Made by a program: the position numbers and the translations under genes. Of a stretch of 64,000 nucleotides of DNA, positions 26,775 through 37,800 are shown piece by piece (positions within the stretch are counted from its first letter, which is position 1; the number at the start of each line of letters is the position of its first letter). This stretch comes from an uncultured Gemmatimonadales bacterium (GTDB lineage Bacteria; Gemmatimonadota; Gemmatimonadetes; Longimicrobiales; RSA9), in contig CAWAMW010000015.1 in the NCBI GenBank assembly GCA_963783305.1, positions 384,001 through 448,000 on the forward strand. Reading direction: 5' to 3'. The notes under the pieces are model-generated. The model had not been told where the DNA came from. It was given only the letters and a program-made list of their open reading frames with translations, and ran no database searches.

Positions 26775-28799
26775 TCAGCGCACCCGGTCGAACCGGATGT
26801 CGCGCGCCCTCACGTTGGAAACGAGGAACGCGATGACCCGGCCGTCGTCGTCGCGCACGAACTCCACTTCCGCGATCGGGAACGAGCCGGTGAACGCGTC
26901 CTTTTCACCCGGCTCCAGCGTCACGTCGTCGAATCGCCGGTGCCGCACTACGAGCTCCTCGTCCTCCAGCGCGACCGTGTAGAACGTCTCCAGCTCCTCG
27001 CTGTAGAACCGACCCGTGAACGCCTCGAGCGCCGCCACCGACGGCTTCCACCGATCGCCCTCCAGACGCGTGGCGCGGTGCTCGCCGTTCTGGTGCAGCA
27101 TGGCGTGGGTGATCTCCCCCTCCTCACCGCGGTGGAACGTCACGCTCGCCACCACGCCCACCAGCGTGAAGCTCGAGTCGGAGGTGGGCTCCATCCGGAC
27201 TCTCTGCTGCCCCGTCGCCTGCGTGTACAGCGTGTCGGCCTCCCGGAAGAAGGTGAGGATGAACGCCGGCGCCTCGTCCAGCGCGTACCGTCCGGCGATC
27301 TCGTCGAAGGCGGCGGGGTCATAGGTCTCCGGATCGAACGGCGCCGCCCCAACCCCCGCAGCCGCGTCCGCGCTCGCCTCGGATTCCGGCTCCAGCGCGT
27401 CGCCCAGGTACGCCTCCGCCACGGCCGTCGCCACCGCGCCGGAGAACGCGGCGTTGTTGCTCAGCGTGATCACACCGGTCCGGCTGCCCGGGTAGTAGGC
27501 CAGCATCGCCCGATGCGCCACATCCGCCCCGCCGTGCTGGATCCGGCGAGCGCCGCGCAGCTCGTCGATGAACAGGCCGAAGCCGTACTCGGTGGTGTCG
27601 CCGGTCGTGAGGATATACGGGGTCGTCATGGTATCGATTATGGCGCGCCCGCCCAGCTCGCCCGTCTCCAGGTTCGCTACCCACCGCGCCAGGTCAGCCA
27701 CCGTGGTGTAGATCCCGCCGGCCCCCATGGCGCCCCCCAGGTCGGCGGCCTCACGGTAGCCGCCCTCCGCCTCCGGGATATAGCCCTGGGCGCTGTTCTC
27801 CACGATCTGCGACGGGGAGGCGCGGACCACGGTCTGCCTCATTCCCAGCGGCTCGAACACGTTCTCCCGCATCCACTCCGGGAAAGGAGTGTCCGCCACT
27901 CGCTCCACCACCACCGACAGGAGACCGTAAGCCGTGTTGTTGTAGTTCCACTCCGCACCCGGCTCGTTCTGCAGCTCCGGCTGCCGCTGTACGATCTCGA
28001 TGAGCTCGTCCCGATCGACGTAGTCGCCCTCGTCGATCCGCCGCCCGGCCAGCGCCAGCGTGTTCAGGAACTCCCGGTAGCCGCTGGTGTGCGTCAACAG
28101 GTGGCGCAGCGTGACCGGGTGCTCGAACTCCGGCAGCTCGGGGATGTACTCGCGCACGTCGTCGTCCAGCGACAGCTCGCCGCGGGCACGGAGGAGCGTG
28201 ATGGCGAACGCCGTGAACTGCTTCGACATGGATCCAATGTTCGTGCGCGTAGCGGTGCTGAACGGGACGTGGTGCGTCAGGTTCGCCATACCGTACCCGC
28301 GCGCGAACACCAGCTCGCCCTCCCGGACCACACCCACCACTCCGCCGGGAACATCACCCGTGTACGGGGCCATGAGCTGATCCACGCGCTCGTCAGCATC
28401 CACCGCCACCGGCTCCACACGGTCGAGCCGTACGGCGTAGCGTCCCGTCCCATCCTCCTCCGGCGCCACCTCGATACGATACGCTCCCGCCGCCCGGGTC
28501 TCGAAGTGGATTCGCTCCACACCCCTCCGCCGGTCGTCGAACCGCCGTACGACCTCCCCGTCCGGGTCCCGCACGGTAATCGCCACATCCACCGACTGCT
28601 GATCCACCTCCCCGAATACGAACTCATCCGCCCCCAGCTCGATCGTGTACGCGTGCGTCGCGGACGGCGCGATGGAGTCCGCCGCCACCTCACCCTGGGC
28701 GATGGGCCGCGGCGTCGCGTCGCCCGTCTGGGCGCGGACAGGGAGGGGCGCCAGCACGAACGGCAACAGCGCAGCGATCAGATGGGCGGAAAGTCTCAT
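26775..28799 (-). CDS. Serine hydrolase (beta-lactamase family) with N-terminal PPC-like domain
   Basis: IGSMSKQF, LLTHTSG, YNNTAY, QHGGA; signal peptide. Confidence 0.88.
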   Translation of the reverse strand: MRLSAHLIAALLPFVLAPLPVRAQTGDATPRPIAQGEVAADSIAPSATHAYTIELGADEFVFGEVDQQSVDVAITVRDPDGEVVRRFDDRRRGVERIHFETRAAGAYRIEVAPEEDGTGRYAVRLDRVEPVAVDADERVDQLMAPYTGDVPGGVVGVVREGELVFARGYGMANLTHHVPFSTATRTNIGSMSKQFTAFAITLLRARGELSLDDDVREYIPELPEFEHPVTLRHLLTHTSGYREFLNTLALAGRRIDEGDYVDRDELIEIVQRQPELQNEPGAEWNYNNTAYGLLSVVVERVADTPFPEWMRENVFEPLGMRQTVVRASPSQIVENSAQGYIPEAEGGYREAADLGGAMGAGGIYTTVADLARWVANLETGELGGRAIIDTMTTPYILTTGDTTEYGFGLFIDELRGARRIQHGGADVAHRAMLAYYPGSRTGVITLSNNAAFSGAVATAVAEAYLGDALEPESEASADAAAGVGAAPFDPETYDPAAFDEIAGRYALDEAPAFILTFFREADTLYTQATGQQRVRMEPTSDSSFTLVGVVASVTFHRGEEGEITHAMLHQNGEHRATRLEGDRWKPSVAALEAFTGRFYSEELETFYTVALEDEELVVRHRRFDDVTLEPGEKDAFTGSFPIAEVEFVRDDDGRVIAFLVSNVRARDIRFDRVR

Positions 28800-29056
28800 G
28801 CAAATCCTCTTCGGTTCTCTCGGGTTGCTTTAGACGACCGTGTACGCCGCGCACCGATGGAGTCTTCACCGGCTCCGCTGGGAACTCTTGCGGGATCGGG
28901 TGAGCGGGAACGGTAGACGTATCGTTGGAACGGGCGGCTCACGGTGCAATAGCCGGGATCATCATCCACCGCAGGAACTCCTCGCCAGACGCCACGCCCC
29001 GGGCGGGCGTCGGGTCCACGTCGGACCGCAGAGGAGGGGATCGGTCCGGGCGGGAC

Positions 29057-29407
29057 TCAGCTGCGGGCGTCGGTCGCGGGCTCGTCATGGCCGATGATGA
29101 TCCGCTCGATCTTCCCCAGCAGGGATGGGCTGCCGGCGCGACTGGCACCGAAGAGGCCGTCCTCCAGTGCATTGGCCTTGTCGGCGGCGGCGAAGAGGGA
29201 AAGCCACCGGTCGTACTTCTCACCGAATCGCATGACGGCGTAGAAGCGGTGTCCCGGCCGGTTGCCCGGGAAGACGATGTCGAGGGCCGCGGCCGCAAGA
29301 CAGAGGGGGGAGAGTACAATGTCCTTGGCCCCATCGAGGACGAGCTTCACCTGGAAGATCAGGAGGTCTCGAAGAATGATCCACCGCGTCCGTGTCGTCC
29401 TGGTCAT
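29057..29407 (-). CDS. Hypothetical protein
   Basis: Protein-like ORF (RDLLIFQVKLVLDGAKDIVLSP..WLSLF); start 29407 or 29422. Confidence 0.65.
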   Translation of the reverse strand: MTRTTRTRWIILRDLLIFQVKLVLDGAKDIVLSPLCLAAAALDIVFPGNRPGHRFYAVMRFGEKYDRWLSLFAAADKANALEDGLFGASRAGSPSLLGKIERIIIGHDEPATDARS

Positions 29408-29548
29408 TGCGTCCCGTCCCATGTCGCGTGCGATCCAGCGTCCGTCTCACAAGCCCGTACGGAAGCAGACCGGCCGATGTTTCGCACGGGGTTGCAAGCA
29501 GAGGACCTGGTCGGGGGCGCTTCTGGCCTCGAGCTGGACCCGCGCTGG

Positions 29549-30091
29549 TCACACGCCGGGGTCCGGCGCGACCTCTGTGCCGGCGATGGTGCTCTCCTCC
29601 TGCCGGCTCTCCGGAGCGCCATCGGCGCCGACCGCCTCGATCGCGTAGGCGAAGCGCCAGTCGCCCAGCTGCTCGGGATCGGCCTGCTCCGGGGTTCCTT
29701 CGTCCCAGGGCCCGTGCTCGCCGAATACGTTGTCGATCGGAGCCTCGAATACGCGCCGGTAGGGTGTGAGGGCATCGTTGGCGCTGAGACGGTCGATCTC
29801 TTCCCCCTCGGCTTCGACCACCAGGGAATCGCCCGCGGTGACCTCGCCCTCATAGAGCACATTGGTGAAGCTGAGGCGATTCATCGCCGGATGCTCGGAA
29901 ATCGAGAGGTGGCTCTTGGGATCCTCCGGGATCCGCGTTTCCGTGATCTCGTCACGCTCCGGCACGCCCGCACGGAATCGGAAACGGAACTCTCCAGTAA
30001 TGTCAAAATCCTTGCTGTCGAGGATCTCGATGTAGCGCAGGGTTACGCGAATCCGGCGCGGGAGGCGCTGCTGCTCTGTGCTCTTGTCCAT
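29549..30091 (-). CDS. Hypothetical acidic beta-sandwich protein
   Basis: GAAGG RBS-like sequence before ATG 30091; beta-strand pattern with DSKDFDITGEF loop. Confidence 0.6.
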   Translation of the reverse strand: MDKSTEQQRLPRRIRVTLRYIEILDSKDFDITGEFRFRFRAGVPERDEITETRIPEDPKSHLSISEHPAMNRLSFTNVLYEGEVTAGDSLVVEAEGEEIDRLSANDALTPYRRVFEAPIDNVFGEHGPWDEGTPEQADPEQLGDWRFAYAIEAVGADGAPESRQEESTIAGTEVAPDPGV

Positions 30092-30176
30092 GGTATTCGA
30101 CCTTCCTTCAGGATGAATGGCTCGGGGGGGGGTGCACCGCCCTCGGTCGACGCTGGTGCGGGGCCGTTCCTGCCCC

Positions 30177-32045
30177 TCAATGAGATGCAGACGACTGCAG
30201 AGCGAGCAGTCGGCGGAACTCGGGTACCGGCTCCAGGGTGCGCCACCACCACGACAGTCCATCGCCCTGGTCGAAGCGGTGTCCGGGGTTCGTAGCCAGG
30301 TAGCGACGCACCAGGCCTACGGCCTCATCGGTCTCACCGAGGCGACTGCGGACGAACGCCTCCCGGAGCCAGAGCGAGCGCCCGGGGTCCAGATGGGGCG
30401 CATCGCCATCCCGTGACGCGGCGGCGAGAACGGCACGAGCGCTATCCGGCGCGCCGGCCCGCTCCAGGACGGCCGCGACAAAGATCCGATTCTCGACATC
30501 ATACCAGGCGCGATCGTACTCCGGGGCCAGCGAATCGGCCTCGGCCAGCAGGCGCCATGCTTCCGCCGGATCGGCGGCGAGCGCGGGTGTAGCCATGAGC
30601 CGGATGCGACAGATCCGGAACCGGTAGTTGGCGGGAAATCGGCGCCGGCCCTCCTCGCACGCTTCCACGGCCGGGCGGAACTGGCCCATGTCCAGCGCGG
30701 CGGTGTGGATCCGCCAGAGCACGTTGTCGGCCGACTCGAGGTAGGCATCCTCCTCGTACGCCCGCTTGGCGGCCAGCAGGACGGCGGCGATACCCGGAGC
30801 GTCGGGATCGTTGTAGTAGAGGTGGCTCAGGGTGCTGAAGGCGGACGCGAGCCCCGGGTTCCGCTGCACCGCAGCCTCCAGATCGGTGCGCGCGGCCCGG
30901 ATCAGGTCTCCCCGGGCCGCTCCTTCCAGCTCCGGGTCGGTGAGCCAGCGCCAGTACCGCGCGGTGCCCCGGGCCTCCAGCGCCTCGGCATCGGCCGGAT
31001 CGCGCTCGACCGCTTCCATGCCGTAACGAATCGCGGCGATGGCGTGCGGCAGCCCGGCCTCCAGGTCCGACGGTAGCCGCGCCCGGCGATACGCCACCTC
31101 CGAACGGAGCGTCATGGGCCGCGCCCATTCCTTCTCGATCTCCGCGGCCAGGGCCAGAAGGGAGTCCGCCCGCGCGTACTGGAGATCGGCCTCCACGGCG
31201 TCATGCTCCTGCGCCGCCGCCTCCGCGTCCTTCATGGCACGACGGCCCTGCTGGAGCACCCCCCACGCCACCGTATTGTCCGTCTCGGCTCGGGTCTCCC
31301 GCAGCCGCACCTCCTCGCCCAGCCGCTCACGAAGCAGCACGGCCGCCTCCCTCGCCATCCGGGTGCCGCCCTCCACCAGCACGATCTCCGGCACCTCGAA
31401 GCTCGTTCGCCGGAACACGGCGCCGCTCGCGCCATCCAGCAGCGCCAGGTCCACCGCGAACCCATCCGCAGTCTCGCCGATCGAGCCGGTCACCACGGTG
31501 CCCGCCTGAAGCTCGCCGGCCGCCGCGACCACGTCCACGTCACTTCCCCGGTACGGCAGCACGCCGTTGGCGCTGATCACGTCCAGCTCCGGCACCCGCG
31601 ACAGCTCCAGGATCAACCCTTCCGTCAGCGCGTCCGCCACGGACACCAGGCGCCCGTCCCGGGTTCGGTCCTCGAGGTACAGGACCGCGATACGCTGCGC
31701 CGCGAGACCTCCCTCCTCCAGCCCCGCCATCGCCCGCTTCGCCTCGACGTGCGCCCCGACGGAGCGCACCGTAAAGCCTCCCATGACCAGAATGAGGACG
31801 AGGAAGAACGCGATCTCCGAGCGCGGCGCCTTCTGACGACCCTGCTCCCCGTGGAACCACGCGAACACCCCCGCCGCCGGCAGCCCGCCCAGGAACCACA
31901 GGAGCGCCACCCGGTACGCCAGGCCCGGAAGTATGTCCTGCTCCACCAGCTGCGACACCGCCTCGATGACCACCCAGCCCCCGGCCAGGTAGCCAATGAG
32001 GATCTGGACGAACCGCCGCTCGCGAAGGTCTCGAATCGTACTCAT
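30177..32045 (-). CDS. Membrane-anchored TolB-N-like/TPR protein
   Basis: N-terminal LRERR..Y...W 3-TM anchor, IAVLYLED..ALTEGLILELS region, helical TPR-like repeats. Confidence 0.75.
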   Translation of the reverse strand: MSTIRDLRERRFVQILIGYLAGGWVVIEAVSQLVEQDILPGLAYRVALLWFLGGLPAAGVFAWFHGEQGRQKAPRSEIAFFLVLILVMGGFTVRSVGAHVEAKRAMAGLEEGGLAAQRIAVLYLEDRTRDGRLVSVADALTEGLILELSRVPELDVISANGVLPYRGSDVDVVAAAGELQAGTVVTGSIGETADGFAVDLALLDGASGAVFRRTSFEVPEIVLVEGGTRMAREAAVLLRERLGEEVRLRETRAETDNTVAWGVLQQGRRAMKDAEAAAQEHDAVEADLQYARADSLLALAAEIEKEWARPMTLRSEVAYRRARLPSDLEAGLPHAIAAIRYGMEAVERDPADAEALEARGTARYWRWLTDPELEGAARGDLIRAARTDLEAAVQRNPGLASAFSTLSHLYYNDPDAPGIAAVLLAAKRAYEEDAYLESADNVLWRIHTAALDMGQFRPAVEACEEGRRRFPANYRFRICRIRLMATPALAADPAEAWRLLAEADSLAPEYDRAWYDVENRIFVAAVLERAGAPDSARAVLAAASRDGDAPHLDPGRSLWLREAFVRSRLGETDEAVGLVRRYLATNPGHRFDQGDGLSWWWRTLEPVPEFRRLLALQSSASH

Positions 32046-32112
32046 GGGGGGTCTTCCTCATATGGGGGGAACCAACCAAGCATCACATTCGCATTGCTCC
32101 CCCGTCAAGGGT

Positions 32113-32144
32113 GAGGTCCGACCCCGAGTGCGGGGCCGGACCTC
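32113..32144. terminator. Hairpin downstream of the 34067-32199 gene
   Basis: GAGGTCCG-A-CCCCG-agtg-CGGGG-C-CGGACCTC. Confidence 0.45.
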
Positions 32145-32198
32145 CCTGTTCATGCCACGGGAACCGCTACTTCTCCTGCGCTGCTACGGCGTGACCTC

Positions 32199-34067
32199 CT
32201 ACAGCTTCGGCTCGAAGCCGCAGGCGTCGACCACACTCACGAACAGCTGCGCGTTGTCCGCGGAATCGAAGCGCCCGCCGGAGAAATCAATGCTGTTGCT
32301 CCAGAACATGTTGACGTCACTGAAGGCGAATGCCGGCCCCGAATATGGCCCCACCCCCAGGCTACCCTCGGGGACGGTGACGGCGGCCGCCTTATAGTCC
32401 GCCTGCCTGGCGAACACCGTAGCGGGTCCAGCGGGCTCGATGAACCAGCCCGGGTAGAACTGGAGCAGCTCGCTTATATCATTCCCCAGGGCGCCCGAGC
32501 CGGCTACCGCGCCTGTTTTGCTGCCGGTAACACTCAACCCGAATGGATCAAGCAGACTCGCGTTCGCTGCCGCGAACGCGCCGTTGTCCGCCAGCAGAAT
32601 GGCACATCCGCCGTGCTCCACGTACTCCAGCAGCGCATTCTGTTCATCGGCGTCCAGCTGACTGATCCCGACATTGGCTCCGTTTTTGACCGAGCCGAGA
32701 AGCACGACATCGACCTCATCGTGAAGCAGGCCGTTGTCGAGTCTGGATGCCGTCGTCGGCCAGACGTTCAGGAAGTGACCCTCGAGCGCCGCCATGGCGC
32801 CTGCGAGCTTAGCGGACTCGATGGACGACCATCCGCCCCTCTCCAGATCGAACCCGGCAATGCGGAGCCCCGGGTCCACCCACGCGATCGTGGACAGATC
32901 GCGAGCCGAACCGCCGAACCCGGTGTGCCCGGCGTACGCGGGCGTCCCGAAGATGAAGTCCCGCACTCCGAGACCCGCTTTCTGGAGGAAGGCGAACGCG
33001 CCGGAGGGCCCGGCTCCAGGTATGTAATCGGCGCATGTTAGCGGCGGCCCCGGCACATTCGGCAGAAGCTCGAATGTCGGGCTACCCGCGGGCGGGTCGT
33101 CATGATGTGCGCCCAGCACCAGCTCGTCCTGGGCGTCCTCCCAGTCCGTCCCGTAGAAGGCCTGTACGGCCGCGGTGTCGATGCACTGCGCGACGATCAC
33201 GTCCTTCGCAAACTCCACCTCGGGATCAGGCAGCAGGTTGTATTCGTAACAGCTGTTGAACCACTTCAGCTCCACGCCCAGGTCACAACTCGCGTCGTCT
33301 GGGTCCAGCTCCGCGATCGTGAGGACGTAGGGCCCGCCGCCCGGCAGCGGGGGCAGCGCACCTTCCGGAATGTAGATGGCCGCATCTCCGTCGCGGGTGA
33401 AGATCGTCGTCTCGACCGACGGGTCAATCGTGGCCACCTTGCAGTCCAGACCGGTGACACAGCCGAGCGCGTCCCCGATGAAGAATTTCACGGGGACGGT
33501 CCGGCCCTTCTTGAGGCCGATCACTCCGGATTCCGGGTCCGCGGCGTTCTTTGCGCCCTTGCCCCGGAACTGCAGGTCGGCGAAGCCGAGGGGCTCGCTT
33601 CCGAGGTAGACGGTCAGACGGTATATGTAGGGCCCAGTCTCGACCGCTAACGACGTGTCCCTGGTGTCCCACTTCAACTTGTAGTGATCGCCATCATACT
33701 GGATGTCCGATCCGGAGAACGTGACAGAGTTGTCGCTGCAGACGTCGTTCCCACCGCCATCCTCCTCCAACTCGCATATCACGACGTGTGGCGCCAGGCC
33801 CGCCAGCGGCGACTGTCCCCGCTTGTCGGGCTGGCTGACCAGCGGAGCGAGGAAGAGGAAGCCAGGGTTGCCGTCGTTGGAGCCGTCCTGGATCTCGGCA
33901 GCCGGCGCTTCATCCGGGGCAAGAGGCGCCACCGGTCCGCTCACGTCGCCCTGCTCACAGCCAGTGAACAGAAGCAGGCTCGTACTCGCGAGCAACGCGA
34001 GCATGCGGGTCGCATGGATGGTACGCCGGCCGGGGCCGGTCGGGGAATGTCTGGTCATCGGTATCAA
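32199..34067 (-). CDS. Large Cys-containing lipoprotein, unknown function
   Basis: Lipobox LFTGC; IYIPEGALP (ZU5-like) segment; C-terminal GATase-like segment; visibly lower GC; exact start uncertain. Confidence 0.7.
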   Translation of the reverse strand: MIPMTRHSPTGPGRRTIHATRMLALLASTSLLLFTGCEQGDVSGPVAPLAPDEAPAAEIQDGSNDGNPGFLFLAPLVSQPDKRGQSPLAGLAPHVVICELEEDGGGNDVCSDNSVTFSGSDIQYDGDHYKLKWDTRDTSLAVETGPYIYRLTVYLGSEPLGFADLQFRGKGAKNAADPESGVIGLKKGRTVPVKFFIGDALGCVTGLDCKVATIDPSVETTIFTRDGDAAIYIPEGALPPLPGGGPYVLTIAELDPDDASCDLGVELKWFNSCYEYNLLPDPEVEFAKDVIVAQCIDTAAVQAFYGTDWEDAQDELVLGAHHDDPPAGSPTFELLPNVPGPPLTCADYIPGAGPSGAFAFLQKAGLGVRDFIFGTPAYAGHTGFGGSARDLSTIAWVDPGLRIAGFDLERGGWSSIESAKLAGAMAALEGHFLNVWPTTASRLDNGLLHDEVDVVLLGSVKNGANVGISQLDADEQNALLEYVEHGGCAILLADNGAFAAANASLLDPFGLSVTGSKTGAVAGSGALGNDISELLQFYPGWFIEPAGPATVFARQADYKAAAVTVPEGSLGVGPYSGPAFAFSDVNMFWSNSIDFSGGRFDSADNAQLFVSVVDACGFEPKL

Positions 34068-34115
34068 GCAACACCTCCTTGGGGGGTCGATCCTTCGTTT
34101 TTCTCGTATTTCACG

Positions 34116-34511
34116 CTACTGCACGAATGCTTCATGGCTCGCCTCGCCGACGTCCGGAACGGAGCCGGGTACCGTCCGTTCGAGTGCCGCTCTCAACTGC
34201 CGCCCGTTGAACGGCTTCATCAGGAGCTCGTCTCCCCGGCCCCGGGCGGCCCCATCCTCCCCGCTGATCAGCAGCACGGGGATGTGCCGCAGGTCGGGGT
34301 CCTTGCGGAGGGCGTCACAGAAGCCGTGTCCGTCCAGGCGTGACAGGTTTACATCGCAGATCACTGCGTCCACGGCCCCGGCGCGAACGAGCGTCAGCGC
34401 CTCCACGCCATCGGAAGCCTCGACCACCCGTGCGATGGCGGGCTCGCCGCACTCCAGACACCGTCGCAGGTACAGCCGCATATCCGCGTCGTCATCGACG
34501 ACCAGGAGCAT
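34116..34511 (-). CDS. Single-domain response regulator
   Basis: LVVDDD, ASDGVEAL, VICD, IPVLLISG, MKPF; start may lie slightly upstream. Confidence 0.85.
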   Translation of the reverse strand: MLLVVDDDADMRLYLRRCLECGEPAIARVVEASDGVEALTLVRAGAVDAVICDVNLSRLDGHGFCDALRKDPDLRHIPVLLISGEDGAARGRGDELLMKPFNGRQLRAALERTVPGSVPDVGEASHEAFVQ

Positions 34512-34837
34512 CAACGGCCGCACCTGAGGCGGCTCCACCACCCGGCCCTCCAGGATGCCGCCACGGACGACGCGCAGCTTGCGGGGAGTTCGTCTCGACG
34601 GGTCACATGCACCATGGCACCTGCGCTGCTGGGAGGACTGGATCTCTTGCGGCGTCCAACATGGGAGCGGAAGGAGCGGGGGGGTTGCGGCCGTGTTGCG
34701 ATGACTTGCCGTCACGTTGCGCTGCACGCACACGCAACTCTTCGCAACACCGGGAACACCGAATTCGGCCGGAGCGGGAACGGAGGAGGGCCGCGGCCCA
34801 GGCGGTGCGAAGGAAGGCGGTTCGGCGGGGCGTCCGG

Positions 34838-37800
34838 CTAGGTCACGACGCGGGAGCGGTACGCCGAGGGTCGTACCAGGAAGGCATCCTGGAAGCTGTT
34901 GGAGAAATGGGAAACGCTCTTGAATCCCACGGAGTACGCAATGGAGCTGACGGATCCCGCCCCCTGCTCGAGCAGTTGGGCGGCACGTTCAAGCCGCATG
35001 CGGCGGATCAGGTCGGAGGGGCTCTCGTCCAGGAGGTCCTGGAGCTTCCGGTACAGTTGACTCCGGCTGTGGGCCACGTCATGGGCGAGACGCTCGACGG
35101 TGTACGTCTCGTCGTCCATGTTGGCCTCGATGGCGTTCCCGACCTGCTCCAGGAAGCGTTGATCGGCGGATTCCACGTCCACGGCCCGGGCGTGCAGGGT
35201 CAGCGGGTCACCTGAGAACCGCTCGCGCAGCCGCCTCCGCGAGGCGATCAGGTTCGCGGTGCGGGCGAGCAGCTCATCGGCGCGGAACGGCTTCGTGAGG
35301 TAGTCGTCCGCTTCCTGCCGCAGCCCCGCCACCCGGTCCTCGGGTGCCGCCCGGGCGGTGAGCAGGACCACGGGTATGAAGTCGGTCTCGGGGTCCTGCT
35401 TGATGGCGCGGCAGAGGTCGAATCCATCCATGTCCGGCATCGTGACATCCGAGAGGACGAGGTCGGGGAGGGCGCTCCGGACCATCTCGAGGCCCTGCGT
35501 GCCATTGGTCGCCTCCAGGACGCGGTAGTCCCGGGCGAGGTGCGTCCGCAGGTAGGCACGGATCTCCTGGTCGTCCTCGACCACGAGCACCGTGGTCACG
35601 TCTTCCGCGTCCTCCGCGTCTTCGGAGGGCGCCTCTGCGTCCGGAACCGCTGCCTCCACGACAGGCGGTATGCCCGGGGGGGCGACGGCGCGGTCGCGAA
35701 TGTCGCCGTAGGACGCCGCCGCATGCGCCCCCGATGCCGGATCCGCCCCCGACGCCGCTCCGGTCCCGCCGGCGATTCCCAGCGGCAGCGTAGCGGTGAA
35801 GGTGCTGCCGAAGCCCTCCTCACTCTCCACCGCGAGGGTCCCGCCGTGCAGCTCCACCACCTCTCTGGCGAGGGCCAGCCCGATCCCGGTCCCGCCCGGG
35901 AGTCCCTGTTCCCCTTCGGCGCGGCTGAAGCGGTCGAAGACCCGTTCCAGATCCCGCGGGGCGATCCCCGGGCCATTGTCCCGGACGCTGAGCCAGGCGT
36001 GCTTGTCATCGGCGTGGAGCCGGACCCGCACCGTCCCGCCATCGGGGGTGAACTTGAGTGCGTTCGAGAGCAGGTTCGAGAGCACTTTCCGCAGTTGCTC
36101 CTGGTCACCGTCCATGGAGACGGGTCCGTCCGGGGCCTCGATATCCAGATGGAGCGTCTTCCTGGCAGCCAGGGGCGCGAAATCGGCCGCCGTCTCCCGC
36201 ACGAATCTGGTGAGGTCGAGAGGCTGGGCGTGGAGCGGCATCCGGCCTGCCTCGAGTCGTGCCAGATCCAGGATCTGGTTGATGAGGTCGAGAACCCTTC
36301 CGGCATTGCGGCGCGCCATGGTGACCTGGCTCCTCTGCGCGCCTTCGATCGCACCATGGAGGCCCTCCAGGAGGTCATCGAGCGGCCCCAGGGTAAGCAT
36401 GAGGGGCGTCCTGAACTCGTGGCTGATATCGGCGAAGAGCCGGCTGCGCGCCTGGACCGCGGCCCGCGCCTCGTGGTAGAGCCGGGCGTTCTCCAGCGCC
36501 TGGGCCGCCCGACCGCCCAGATTCTCGGCAATGCCGAGGTCGACCGGGGTGTACGGCCGGCGTGCCTCGGTGCCCCCGAGCGTGAGGGTCCCCAGAACCT
36601 GTCCGCGAGCGACAAGGGGGACCACGATGAGGGAGTGCAGCTCCCCCTCCGGTCCCGCCGGTCCCAGGGGACGGTCCGCACGTGCTGAGAACCGGGTGTC
36701 GTGCCGGAGGTCCGCAACCAGGAGCGGCTCACCGCTGTGCACCGCGGCCACGATCGGGGATGTTTCGGCGCTGCCACGCACGGGCAGCGACTCCATATCC
36801 GCGAGCTGGGTTTCGCACTCGGCGTCGGCATGAACCGCCGCGACCGGTCGAAGCCGTTCGTCCGGCCCGGCGTCCAGGATGTGAACGATGCAGCAGTCGG
36901 CCAGAAAGGGAACGGAGAGGCGGGCGAGACTGGTGAGCGTCGCCTCCGGATCGAGGGAGTTGTCCAGGAGCGCGCTGGCTCGAGCGAGGAACGCCTGCGC
37001 TTCCTCACTCCTTCTCCGTTGGGTCACGTCGTGCATGGAGCTCATCACACGGGTCGGTGCCCCGGCCACGGAGCGTACCACGTGGGCCCGGTCGAGTATG
37101 ACCGCGTAGTCCCCATCTCCCCGGCGAAAGCTGTACTCGCCGCTCCACGAGTCTCCCACACCGTCCAGCACCGCGTACAGCCCCCTGACTACCCGGGCAC
37201 GGTCGTCGGGATGGATACGGCTGGTCCACCACTCGATGCTCTCGCTCACCTCGGAGGGCGAATAATGGAGCGCAAGTGCCGCGGACGGACCCCAGGACAC
37301 GGTGCCGGTCGTGAGGTCCCAGTCACGGAACACGTCGGTGCTCGCCTGCACGATCAGGCGGTACCGCTCCTCACTGGCCCGGAGCAACACCCCGGCCTTG
37401 TGCTGTTCGGTGACGTCCTGCACCATCCCGATCACCGCGTACTCCCCGTCAAGCTCGATCCGAGTGCCCCGGACCTCGACGTGGATGATCTCCCCGCTCT
37501 TCTTTACACCGCGGAACGAATACTTCTCCTTGGTCTCCTCCCCAACCAGGCGCTTTCGCAGGTTCCTCTGCACCAGCTCCCGGTCCTCCTCGGCGATCAG
37601 GTCCATAATCGTGATGTCGCTCAGGAGCTCCTCGCTCGTGTAGCCCACGATCTCCGAGAACCTGGGATTTACGTACACCAGACGATCGCCCTGCACGATG
37701 TGGATGCCCACCAGGGAGTGCTCGACGAGGCTACGGAACCGTGTCTCGGCCGACCGCAGCTCCTCCGCCGCCGCAATGCGGGCCGAGATGTCACGGTTGA

